A program made the position numbers and the translations under genes. Of a stretch of 39,334 nucleotides of DNA, positions 17,256 to 25,831 are shown in pieces; positions within the stretch are counted from its first letter, which is position 1; each line of letters begins with the position of its first letter. The stretch spans positions 1-39,334 of the forward strand of contig JAOZLU010000003.1 in NCBI GenBank assembly GCA_029934695.1. Direction: 5' to 3'. This DNA comes from Desulfobacterales bacterium (GTDB lineage: Bacteria > Desulfobacterota > Desulfobacteria > Desulfobacterales > 4be13). The notes under the pieces are model-generated. The model did not search any database. It was not told where the DNA came from and worked only from the letters and a program-made list of their open reading frames with translations.

Positions 17256-17300
17256 AATATTTGATTCTGGAGTATTAAACATGAATCAGGAGTGAATCTC

Positions 17301-18512
17301 ATGACCGATATAGATCAAAAAAAATTCACAAAAAATTTTACTTTACAGGAACCTATTGGAAAACAGGGGATTGAAAAAGCCCTCTCAATATTGAATTCCG
17401 GTAAGATTCACAGATATAATGTGGATGAGGGAGAAAAAGGCGAGACTGCTCTGCTCGAAGAGGAATTTGCAGCATATATGGGTAAAAAATATTGCCTTGC
17501 CTGTGCATCATGTGGAAGTGCTATGTATCTCGCACTTAAAAGTGCCGGCGTAAAATCTGGAGATAAGGTTTTGTGTAATGCCTATACTCTTGCTCCTGTT
17601 CCTGGAGCAATTGAAAATTCAGGAGCTGACATTGAACTTGTTGATATAGTAGATGATTACACCATTGATCTGGATGACCTTGAAAGAAAAGCCAAAAAAG
17701 AGAAGAATGCTAAATGGCTTATGCTGTCCCACATGCGCGGGCATATCACCAATATGGAAAGAGTTGTTGAAATATGCAATGCTGATAATCTGGTCCTGAT
17801 AGAAGATTGTGCCCACACAATGGGGGCATCATGGGATGGCAAAAGATCAGGTTCGTTTGGAAAAGTCAGCTGTTTCAGCACCCAGACATATAAACATATG
17901 AATTCAGGAGAAGGAGGACTTCTTGTTACAGATGATCCTGATCTCATTGCGCGTGCAATTATCTATTCAGGATCATATATGCTCTATGAACGGCATACTG
18001 CACGACCTCCAATGGATGTTTTTGAAAATATTAACACAATGGTGCCTAACTATTCCTGCCGAATGGATAATCTTAGAGCAGCCATATTAAGACCTCAGTT
18101 GGAAAATCTGAATACCCAGTGTGAATGTTGGAACAGACGTTACAGATTTTTGGAGCAGGGTTTAATTCAAATCAAGGGTATTACCTGTCCGAAAAGAGAT
18201 CCTCGGGAAAACTATGTCGGCAGCTCCATCCAATTTTCCCTAATTGATCAAGATGAAACAACCATCAAAAAATTTCTTATCAAATGCATGGATCAGGGTG
18301 TTGAACTCAAATGGTTTGGCAGCGAAAAACCTGTTGGCTTTACAAGTGTTTATTCAAGCTGGGAGTATTTTAATAATCTGCCTTATCTTGCCAATACCAA
18401 GCGCATTCTTGCCACAATGTGCGATATGCGCATCCCTCTGACATTTGACATAAAGGACTGCAAACTGATTTTACAAATCATCAAAGATGTTGCTCAAACC
18501 ATATTGAAATAA
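17301..18512 (+). CDS. PLP-dependent aminotransferase of the DegT/DnrJ/EryC1/StrS family
   Basis: 'LIEDCAHTMGA' and 'SCFSTQTYKHMNSGEGGLLVTDD' (putative PLP lysine) are typical of the family. I place the start at the ATG at 17301, 9 nt after AGGAG. The track's 17292 start is a GTG inside the RBS spacer. Confidence 0.7.
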   Translation: MTDIDQKKFTKNFTLQEPIGKQGIEKALSILNSGKIHRYNVDEGEKGETALLEEEFAAYMGKKYCLACASCGSAMYLALKSAGVKSGDKVLCNAYTLAPVPGAIENSGADIELVDIVDDYTIDLDDLERKAKKEKNAKWLMLSHMRGHITNMERVVEICNADNLVLIEDCAHTMGASWDGKRSGSFGKVSCFSTQTYKHMNSGEGGLLVTDDPDLIARAIIYSGSYMLYERHTARPPMDVFENINTMVPNYSCRMDNLRAAILRPQLENLNTQCECWNRRYRFLEQGLIQIKGITCPKRDPRENYVGSSIQFSLIDQDETTIKKFLIKCMDQGVELKWFGSEKPVGFTSVYSSWEYFNNLPYLANTKRILATMCDMRIPLTFDIKDCKLILQIIKDVAQTILK

Positions 18513-18521
18513 GGAAATATT

Positions 18522-18681
18522 ATGTCTGAAACAGTAATCACAACCGATAGGGCCCCTTCTGCCAGAGTCAATAAAATTTACGCTCAATATTTTAAAAAAC
18601 CGTTTCCTGCCAAGTGCCTTTCAGGTGGCTGCATTGCCATTAGGTGCTGATGTGGAAGTGAAAGCTGTTTTTCAATTATAA
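18522..18681 (+). pseudogene. RidA/YjgF (enamine/imine deaminase) remnant with a ~70-codon internal deletion and a frameshift
   Basis: The N-terminus 'MSETVITTDRAPSA' (compare E. coli RidA 'MSKTIATENAPAA') is joined directly to 'RVNKIYAQYFKKPFPAKC' (compare 'TVNATYEAFF..FPARSC'). The +2 frame then gives 'AALPLGADVEVKAVFQL*' (compare 'ARLPKDVKIEIEAIA'). The total is 160 nt, against about 385 nt for an intact gene. Confidence 0.7.
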
Positions 18682-18707
18682 CCATATATATAGAAAGGAT
18701 AATCCTA

Positions 18708-19724
18708 ATGAATTTCACAAAATTTCCAAGAAGAAAATATCTTCAGGGCTCAACCCCTGTTGAATCTATGCCTGCATTGAGCAAAGTGCTTGGTACAGAT
18801 GTTAATTTGTATGTCAAACGAGATGACCTGCTGCCTGGATCTGCCGGTGGTAATAAAACCCGCAAACTTGAGTTCTGTATTGCTGATGCACTGGAAAAAG
18901 GTGCTGACACCATAATTACCTGTGGTGCTGTTCAGTCAAATCATGCAAGATTAACAGCTTCATGGTCTGCTAAAGAAGGTCTTGAGTGTCATCTGCTCCT
19001 TGAAGAACGTGTTAAGGGGTCTTATAAAAAGAAAGCCAGCGGCAACAATTTCCTTTTTGAGCTTCTTGGTGTAAAAAGTATAGAAGTTGTTAAAGGCGGC
19101 TCTGACATGATGGCTCAAATGGAGAAAAAAGCTGATGATCTGACAGCAGCAGGAAAAACACCTTATATAATCCCAGGTGGCGCCTCCAACCCGATTGGTG
19201 CCACAGGATATGCTGTATGTGCAGAAGAGACCATGAATCAGCTAAATGAAATGCGGCTTGATATAGACCATATTATTGTTCCATCAGGCTCTGCTGGTAC
19301 CCATGCAGGGATGGTGGCAGGTATGACAGGTGTCAGTGGTAATATTCCCATCAGCGGTGTAAATGTGTCAAGGCCCAAAGAAGAGCAGGAAGAGATTGTT
19401 TACAAGCTGGCTGAAGAAACTGCCCAAAGGCTTGAAGTAAAAATGGGTATCAATCGTGAAGATATTGTCTGCTTTGATCAGTATGTAGGACCAGGTTACT
19501 CTCTTCCAACAGATTCCATGGTTGAAGCTGTAAAACTTTTTGCCGGGACTGAGGCTATTCTTCTAGACCCTGTATATTCAGGCAAAGCTGCTGCTGGTCT
19601 TATTGATCTTGTTCGGAAAGGACACTTTCCAAAAGGTTCCAACGTGTTATTTCTCCATACTGGCGGTTCTCCTGCACTGTATGCTTATATGGATACTTTC
19701 AGACTGGATATTAATGAGCACTGA
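18708..19724 (+). CDS. PLP-dependent lyase of the D-cysteine desulfhydrase / ACC deaminase / cysteate sulfo-lyase (DcyD/CuyA) family
   Basis: The family motif is 'KRDDLLPGSAGGNKTRKLEF' (PLP lysine). 'CGAVQSNHARLTA' and 'LHTGGSPAL' are also present. The protein is 338 aa. Confidence 0.8.
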   Translation: MNFTKFPRRKYLQGSTPVESMPALSKVLGTDVNLYVKRDDLLPGSAGGNKTRKLEFCIADALEKGADTIITCGAVQSNHARLTASWSAKEGLECHLLLEERVKGSYKKKASGNNFLFELLGVKSIEVVKGGSDMMAQMEKKADDLTAAGKTPYIIPGGASNPIGATGYAVCAEETMNQLNEMRLDIDHIIVPSGSAGTHAGMVAGMTGVSGNIPISGVNVSRPKEEQEEIVYKLAEETAQRLEVKMGINREDIVCFDQYVGPGYSLPTDSMVEAVKLFAGTEAILLDPVYSGKAAAGLIDLVRKGHFPKGSNVLFLHTGGSPALYAYMDTFRLDINEH

Positions 19725-19844
19725 CACAGGGAGCTGTTTTTCAGCAGTTCCCTGCTTACCAGCAATATAACGAATTGAAATACAGGGAACTACACACTGA
19801 TAATGATCTTGAAATTAAATGTTTTAATCAGGAATTAAAAAAAT

Positions 19845-20552
19845 ATGAGCAAAAATAAAGAAAAAACAGTTGGAATCATTGGAGGAATGGGACCGGAAGC
19901 TACTATTGATCTGATGCAGCGTATTATTCTCCTGACACCAGTATTGGATGATATTGATCATATCAGATGCATTGTGGATAATAATCCCAAGGTTCCATCA
20001 AGAATAAGGGCTATTATTGATGGGGATGGAGAGAATCCAGGTCCTTGCATGGCAGGTATGGGTAAAAAGCTTGAAACCCATGGAGCAGACTTTCTTGTGA
20101 TTGCCTGCAATACTGCTCATTATTATTATGATGTGGTGCAAAAAGCTGTAAATATTCCTGTCATTAATATGATATATCTTGTATCCAAACATGCAAAAAT
20201 AAATTTTCCTGAGCAGAACACAATTGGCATGTTAGCCTCCCCTGCAGTTGCGATGACTGAGCTTTATGCTAAAAAGCTCAATAAACTTGGTATTAGAGAT
20301 ATCTGGCCGGATTCTGATTATCAGGACACTCTTTTTAATGTAATCAAAGAGGTCAAAAAAGGAAACACCAGTTTAACTGTTCATAATGATTTTAAAAAAG
20401 TATGTGAACATCTTTCAGATAAAGGTGTAAAAGCAGCCATTATTGCCTGCACCGAACTTGGTATCCTTAATAGGCCATCTTATTTAAATTTCCTTGATGC
20501 TGCCCAAATCCTAGCTGCTGAAATAGTGCAGATTGCTAAGAGTGAAAATTGA
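19845..20552 (+). CDS. Asp/Glu/hydantoin-family amino-acid racemase (aspartate-racemase-like)
   Basis: 'GIIGGMGPEAT' is present, along with both catalytic-cysteine motifs, 'VIACNTAH' and 'IIACTELG'. The protein is 235 aa. Confidence 0.8.
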   Translation: MSKNKEKTVGIIGGMGPEATIDLMQRIILLTPVLDDIDHIRCIVDNNPKVPSRIRAIIDGDGENPGPCMAGMGKKLETHGADFLVIACNTAHYYYDVVQKAVNIPVINMIYLVSKHAKINFPEQNTIGMLASPAVAMTELYAKKLNKLGIRDIWPDSDYQDTLFNVIKEVKKGNTSLTVHNDFKKVCEHLSDKGVKAAIIACTELGILNRPSYLNFLDAAQILAAEIVQIAKSEN

Positions 20553-20636
20553 ATTAATGAAAAACAGTGATCATTTTTATCTTGAAAAATCAATAAATAT
20601 CCTGCCTTGATGATACTCTGATTTGATTGCCGGGAC

Positions 20637-20669
20637 AGACCTGCGAGGTTTCCAAAACCTCGCAGGTCT
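20637..20669 (+). terminator. 14-bp stem hairpin after the racemase gene. A possible intrinsic terminator, and also a member of a repeat family.
   Basis: The stem is agacctgcgaggtt / aacctcgcaggtct with loop 'tccaa', followed by 'cttctgttctg'. The left arm plus flank 'gacagacctgcgaggtttccaaaa' recurs at 25832-25855. Confidence 0.45.
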
Positions 20670-20704
20670 CTTCTGTTCTGAACTGACAAACTCTGTTTTA
20701 CAAT

Positions 20705-21274
20705 TTACAGCTTACCCGGAGAAAATCCGTCCTCTCCGCTCGGATCCGCATGATATTCCGAAGAATTATAGAGTTGGATCAGTCGCAACAGCTCGCTCAG
20801 ACCAATGCGCCAGTCCCGGGGACTGTAGTCCAGATCGTGAGCAGCGCAGGTTTTGTCGCCCTGGCCGAGTCCATATCTGTCCTCTCCGCCTGTGTCGCAA
20901 TGATAGCTGCCGTTGTTGTAAAACTGGATGACCCTGAGCAGCTCTGACAAACTGATTTTATGGTCCTTAGGGGCATAATCAGCACTGTGATACCCGGAAC
21001 TCGGATCGGACGAGGAAGGAGTTATAGTGCCCGAGTGGCCAGCATCTTTGTTGACCGTCTGCGGATTTCCAAAATAGGTTATCGTTCCCACACCTGAAAT
21101 CACCGCGTCCAACTGCCGGGTCACATTGACCTCGCACTCGCCCGTTCCGGAAATCGTGGCCGAGCATGTTTCCGAGACAAGTCCGGAATTGCGGATGTTG
21201 CCGGCCCCTGTGATCTCAGCCGTCTGTCTCACGGCCGTTCCGGACAGCGTGATGTCTCCTGCGCCCGAAATCAG
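20705..21274 (-). pseudogene. 5'-truncated gene: the C-terminal part of a DUF2807-like ('GIN head') domain plus two 'LSELLR.IQ.YN' repeats
   Basis: The frame is open only from the TGA at 21275-21277. It begins mid-repeat ('LISGAGDITLSGTAVRQTAEITGAGNIRNSG...ISGVGTITYFGNPQ'), with no signal peptide or plausible start. Two ~50-aa repeats follow: 'ISLSELLRVIQFYNNGSYHCDTGGED' and 'IGLSELLRLIQLYNSSEYHADPSGED'. Confidence 0.55.
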
Positions 21275-21398
21275 TCAGCAATGCTTCCTTGCTCATTTTC
21301 TGGGAGAGCATTCGCTGCTTTCCAGCCAGATTGATGACAGTAGCCATTTCCTCGTTCGTGGCACCCGTCGAAGCCGGGGCCAGTTCCTCTCCGAAAAA
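21220..21398 (-). pseudogene. Short remnant of a PilJ/NarX-type N-terminal sensor domain
   Basis: The translation is 'FFGEELAPASTGATNEEMATVINLAGKQRMLSQKMSKEALL...'. The motif 'INLAGKQRMLSQKMSKE' matches the INxAGRQRMLSQR box of PilJ/NarX/NIT-type sensor N-termini. The frame then runs out of frame into the DUF2807 fragment and stops. Confidence 0.45.
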
Positions 21399-21411
21399 TC
21401 ATGCTTCGGCC

Positions 21412-22401
21412 CTATTTCAGCACCTTGTCAACATCCTGAAGATTCTCCTCACTGATGTTGAACTGGTGTCCTGCCTGCCTGAAATTGATAATTTTGTAAA
21501 CCGAACGGGGAGATGCAACCATCCCGGTTTCCACCTGCCAGTTGTTGTCCATTGCGTCCAAAATCATTTCAGCTGCCTGTATGCCCAAGGAAATATTGTC
21601 AGGGATCACGGCAAATGTCCCGAAATCCAGCTTGGGATTGACCAGGATTTCAACACCGACAATTACCGGCTTTTTATATTTTCTGGTAAAAGGTATCCAC
21701 ACAGATCCCAGCAATCTGTTATTGACGATATTGCTGTCATTCGGCACCCATATTGCGCCAACCCCGTTCTTTTTCAGAAATTTCAGTCCTTTGTTCAAAT
21801 TTGATTTTATACGCCCTTTGTCAGGGATTGCATACGATACCAGGTCAATGTTTTCGTTTGCACAATACGCGGCATTTCTGCTGACAAATTCCCTGAAAAA
21901 TTCCCTGTGCACAATACCGACTTTGTCTGTCGGCATGTCCAGGATGGCCCGAAGATTGACAATGCTGGTGACTATCGGCACCTCATAAGAAATGCCGGCT
22001 GCATTCTTCATTCCCCTGATAACCAGTTCAGTGAATGCCGCCATAAGGGAGACAGAGGGAATGACGGGCGCGGATGCAGGCAATTCCTTCTGGTATTTCC
22101 TGTAGAGGATAATTGCGCTGTTATCCATTAAAACAACGATCCGGGGCGAGACATCTCTCATTTTCCGGGCGATATCGCCTTTTGTGGTCTTTTTCCCGAT
22201 AACAAATTCTGTCACAGAGATATCTTCTTCAAGCTCATTTGTCAGTCCTGCAGTTGTTTGTTCATAATCCCTTCCGTGGGCCCGAATGACAAGAAGGGAG
22301 TCTTTTGCATGCGCCGGCATTGAAAGCGCAACAACAAGAAAACAGAAAATGCCGATGCCCAGGCATCTGCAATGAACAAAATTTTTCATTTTTATTCCCA
22401 T
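21412..22401 (-). CDS. Periplasmic binding protein resembling the 'ABC_sub_bind' (COG2984/PF04392) family
   Basis: The signal peptide is 'FCFLVVALSMPAHA'. The two-lobe layout matches my recollection of the family: 'RIVVLMDNSA', 'VIPSVS', 'AGISYEVP', 'KVGIVH', 'VGAIWVPNDSNIV', 'KKPVIVGVE' and 'LGIQAAEMILD'. The stop codon is TAG. It overlaps the upstream gene by 10 nt. Confidence 0.5.
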   Translation of the reverse strand: MGIKMKNFVHCRCLGIGIFCFLVVALSMPAHAKDSLLVIRAHGRDYEQTTAGLTNELEEDISVTEFVIGKKTTKGDIARKMRDVSPRIVVLMDNSAIILYRKYQKELPASAPVIPSVSLMAAFTELVIRGMKNAAGISYEVPIVTSIVNLRAILDMPTDKVGIVHREFFREFVSRNAAYCANENIDLVSYAIPDKGRIKSNLNKGLKFLKKNGVGAIWVPNDSNIVNNRLLGSVWIPFTRKYKKPVIVGVEILVNPKLDFGTFAVIPDNISLGIQAAEMILDAMDNNWQVETGMVASPRSVYKIINFRQAGHQFNISEENLQDVDKVLK

Positions 22402-23102
22402 TTGTCAATCTCCAGCAATAACATAACTTTGTTGTCCATCCCCTTGACAGCCTTCACGACCAATGACGCATCACCCTCCTTTTTCAAAGCCAGGGCAATA
22501 ATTCCTGTCCGCATCTTAGGTATCGGGGTGACGACAAAGTTTAATCTGGATCTTTTCTTAAAGTAGCTGACATAGTGGTCCTGTATGATAACTGCTTTGA
22601 CCATTTTAAAAACCAGTAATTCCAGCAGGTCTTCTATTTTTAACACGCGCCTGAGTTTGGGGGCCGGCCTGAAATAGCTTCCGACAAATTTCTTCATCCC
22701 TTTTCTGCCAAGGATGCCTACTACGCCCACTGCTTCGCCGGCAAGATTGCCGGGATCAACTTTCTCATCCACGGAAAGAAGCATATAAGGCTCATCAGCT
22801 GATCCGTCACGGATGCCCCTGAGTTTTATTGAATATCCCGCCACCTGTCTGACGACAGGACCTTTGGCAAGAATCGCATCAGGAGGAGCGGTTCCGATTT
22901 TTTTCTCGAAATCCCGGTAACGACCGAAAACTGTGATTTCAATACCCGGCAACACCTCAGTCATTTTCTTGTTTATGACACGGGGGCGTTGGGTTGTCGG
23001 ATAAAATACATAAAGGCTTTCAGCATAACCTGCCCGGCTGCAGAATATTAAGAGAAAAACCAGCAAAATGCTTTGCCATAAATATTTATTGAATTTGCTC
23101 AT
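22392..23102 (-). CDS. Secreted hypothetical protein, possibly a small periplasmic-binding-like protein
   Basis: I place the start at the ATG at 23100-23102 (MSKFNKYLWQSILLVFLLIFCSRAGYA, a signal peptide). I recognise no motif with confidence. Confidence 0.5.
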   Translation of the reverse strand: MSKFNKYLWQSILLVFLLIFCSRAGYAESLYVFYPTTQRPRVINKKMTEVLPGIEITVFGRYRDFEKKIGTAPPDAILAKGPVVRQVAGYSIKLRGIRDGSADEPYMLLSVDEKVDPGNLAGEAVGVVGILGRKGMKKFVGSYFRPAPKLRRVLKIEDLLELLVFKMVKAVIIQDHYVSYFKKRSRLNFVVTPIPKMRTGIIALALKKEGDASLVVKAVKGMDNKVMLLLEIDKWE

Positions 23103-23211
23103 AATTTTCAACTGTGCTCCGGAGTGCCAAACTTGCCGTTTGGCATACCTGAAACCGGGGTCTCTGCCAAACTGCAACTCTGATTAAGATTACCTTGGTC
23201 ATCAAATTTTT

Positions 23212-23291
23212 TCCTGTCATTCCAACGAAAGTGGTAATCCACTGCCCTCCTGTCGGCAAAAGTGGCTTCCTGCTTACGCAGGAATGACAGG
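23212..23291. repeat. REP/MITE-like inverted repeat
   Basis: 'cctgtcattcc' (23212-23222) and 'ggaatgacagg' (23281-23291) are exact inverted repeats. There is an inner hairpin ttcctgc/gcaggaa (23268-23285). Confidence 0.6.
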
Positions 23292-23379
23292 ATTCTTGCC
23301 GGAATCAGGTCAGAAAACTTGATCATCGTGGGATTAAGAGTGGGGAACTTGTTTCATTTTTGTCCTCATTCCCAAGAAT

Positions 23380-25329
23380 CTAAAATCGCCACACTAACTG
23401 TGCATAGAAATCCCGTATTGTTTCGGTATTGCGTTTTGGCAGCCTCAGACTGCCTCTCGACATATACACATCCTCATACTCCGGATGATGGCCGTCGAAA
23501 AGGTTGTGCGCTCCGATAACCAGTTCAATATGTTCATTCGGGCACCAGCCCAGGCGCAGGTCACAGCGGACATACTTATCAGCATTGGTGCGGTCGCCCC
23601 TGAGCCTGTCCACATAATATACGGATGCATCCAGTTCAATGTTATGCCGCAGGTTCAGCATGGAGCGCAGGCTGAACTGATTGTGCGGAGATTCGTCCTC
23701 ATCTGCCAGGGAGTCGGCATCTTCGCTCGGATCATCAAGAAAGAGAAGCATGTCCATGTAACTGTATGCGGCAGTGAGTCTCCAGTTTTCTGTCACGTTC
23801 CAGGTCCCAGCCATCTCAAAGCCGTAAGACTCCCCATGCATGAGATTGTCATACATTTTGTTTTTGGGCGCCAGTGGTTCACGGGTTTTCAGCTTGTCGT
23901 AATCATTGTAAAACATGGTTGAGTCCAGAAAGAAGTTTTTTCCCAGTCTGATACGGTGCCCGAGTTCGTAAGCAATCAATGTTTCTGATTCAAAGTCAGG
24001 ATTGCCATGATAGGTTGTGGTCCCTGCTTTTATATGAATCCCGCGTTCGGCCCGGGAAGGGGTTTTGACCGCCCGTGACACCGCACCCCACAGCACATGG
24101 TCTTCACCGAGCATCCAGAGCAGACGGGCACTTGGCTGGATTTCAGTTCCTGTGTATTCAAAATATTCAAACTTTGTTCCCAGCGTGAACCGCAGTCTGT
24201 CCGGTATCAGACTGATGGTATCCTGAACAAAGGCAGTGTAAAGTTCCTGTTGTTCCTCATCCGGAGTGTAATACACTGTGGCACTGTCTTCCGGTGGTTT
24301 CAGTTTGTCATCTTTGTAGCGGAATCCGAACCCATAGAGGATATTGTGGCTCTGGCCCAACTGAAACCTGTGGACAAAATCAAGGTCAAAAGTGTCCTGG
24401 CTTTTCAGAAGCGCATCATCCTCACGTTCAAGCTTGTCATAATAGAACTGCAATGACATGTTCCCGCCATTATCCAGCTCGCGTTCCCAGCGGGTCAGAA
24501 GATTCATGCCGGAGGTCTCTTCCTTCACATCTTTGTTGATCTGGCCGATGGTGCCGTCCTGCACATCACCCTGAAAGGTCAGGGTATCTTTTTGGGAAAT
24601 ATCCCACTCTGTGCGAAAACCGGCCCGCCCTGTTCGCCATGCCCCGGTTGTTTCCTCGTCATAATAATTGTCATAAGCGCCGTATTCGGAGAACTTGGCA
24701 TAAACGCGGTAATGAAAATCATCTCCCAACTGCCCGCCATGCCTGGCCCCTGCCAGAGCGCGTTCATAATTGCCGGCCCGCAGGCTTACCAGGTTGCCAT
24801 GTGTCTGCTTTGCCGATTTGGTGATAATGTTGATGATCCCGTTCACTGCATTGACGCCCCAGAGGGTGGCTCCCGGGCCGCGAATGATCTCAATGCGGTC
24901 CACATCTTCCATGAGCAGATTATGCTCATCCCATATAACGCCTGCATACAAAGGAGTGTAGAGATTCCGGCCATCCATGAGCACCAGGAGCTTACCAGAA
25001 GGATAGCTGTTGAATCCCCTGGAAGTTATGGCCCATGTGTTGCTGTTCACCCGCGCCACATGAAGCCCCGGAACCATACGCAGGGCCTCGGGGATGTTGC
25101 TGATACCCGCACGGCGGATGTCTTCCTGAGTGACAACAAACACGGCTGCTGTTGTATGAACTTGGGTTTGTTCCTTTTCCCGGGTGATGGTTATTTCCAT
25201 ATTCATCAAATCAGCCAACGAAAATGTATCAAGAGGATCATAAGCCTCCTCAGCCGACACGGGCCGGGGAATCAGGGAAATCAGAGAAAAAATATATATG
25301 ATAATGATACAGAATTTTCTTTGTGGCAT
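23380..25329 (-). CDS. TonB-dependent outer-membrane receptor
   Basis: It has a signal peptide and plug-domain motifs ('VVTQEDIRRAGISNIPEALRMVPGLHV', 'IEIIRGPGATLWGVNAVNGIINIITK'). A long beta-barrel ends in an aromatic residue ('QLVWRF'). An AAGGAGG RBS is present. The stop codon is TAG. Confidence 0.9.
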   Translation of the reverse strand: MPQRKFCIIIIYIFSLISLIPRPVSAEEAYDPLDTFSLADLMNMEITITREKEQTQVHTTAAVFVVTQEDIRRAGISNIPEALRMVPGLHVARVNSNTWAITSRGFNSYPSGKLLVLMDGRNLYTPLYAGVIWDEHNLLMEDVDRIEIIRGPGATLWGVNAVNGIINIITKSAKQTHGNLVSLRAGNYERALAGARHGGQLGDDFHYRVYAKFSEYGAYDNYYDEETTGAWRTGRAGFRTEWDISQKDTLTFQGDVQDGTIGQINKDVKEETSGMNLLTRWERELDNGGNMSLQFYYDKLEREDDALLKSQDTFDLDFVHRFQLGQSHNILYGFGFRYKDDKLKPPEDSATVYYTPDEEQQELYTAFVQDTISLIPDRLRFTLGTKFEYFEYTGTEIQPSARLLWMLGEDHVLWGAVSRAVKTPSRAERGIHIKAGTTTYHGNPDFESETLIAYELGHRIRLGKNFFLDSTMFYNDYDKLKTREPLAPKNKMYDNLMHGESYGFEMAGTWNVTENWRLTAAYSYMDMLLFLDDPSEDADSLADEDESPHNQFSLRSMLNLRHNIELDASVYYVDRLRGDRTNADKYVRCDLRLGWCPNEHIELVIGAHNLFDGHHPEYEDVYMSRGSLRLPKRNTETIRDFYAQLVWRF

Positions 25330-25831
25330 TGTCGTATCCTCCTTTGTGGAAAATTATCTGAAATGCCAAATTCACTCCACCACGAACCCGCATCCGTTAT
25401 TCAACACACCCAGCGGAATTTTGGTTCCCTACAAATCAGCGCACCCGTTCTTTTTGCCCAAAGGTGTGGTGGGCAGTCTTTCACTGGGCTGATGAAAATG
25501 TCACAAACAGAGTTGCCAATTGTGATCCCGTTTTTTTGTTCCACCTAATTTTTTTAACTTAAAAATCAGTCGGTTACAAAATAGCCGGAACAAAAACGGG
25601 ATCAGCTTTTTGAGAGCATCAACAACAGATTCATCACCCCAGTCTTTCACCGTAATATCGAATCGGGAAACGAGCGTTGCTTAAACCACTCAGGTCAGCC
25701 TCCTTGTGCTATATATAATGTCTGTCCCGGAATCAGGGCGGTCAGAATATTTTCGATGTATATCACAAAGTCTGTCATCTGTCAAGAGAAATTTTAAATC
25801 TGACTGCATGACTATAAACAATCTGTTCTGT

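Noticed and set aside
24592-25548. A 318-aa plus-strand ORF, and other long antisense ORFs (27931-28731, 27145-27660, 11045-11620, 7645-8070, 16128-16610, 21289-21804, 252-746 as an independent gene)
   Set aside because: They are antisense or shadow frames of well-supported genes in GC-rich or biased sequence. They have no recognisable motifs and no RBS. The 252-746 ORF is one frame of the IlvD/Edd pseudogene.
25330-25700. A cobalamin (or other) riboswitch in the leader of the TonB-dependent receptor
   Set aside because: I looked on the minus strand for the B12-box (AGYCMGGAGACCKGCC) 3' of a GGGAA...GCCACTG core. Only weak, wrongly ordered resemblances are present ('gggaaccaaaattcc' and 'aaagactgccc'). 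An Infernal scan would be needed to be certain.
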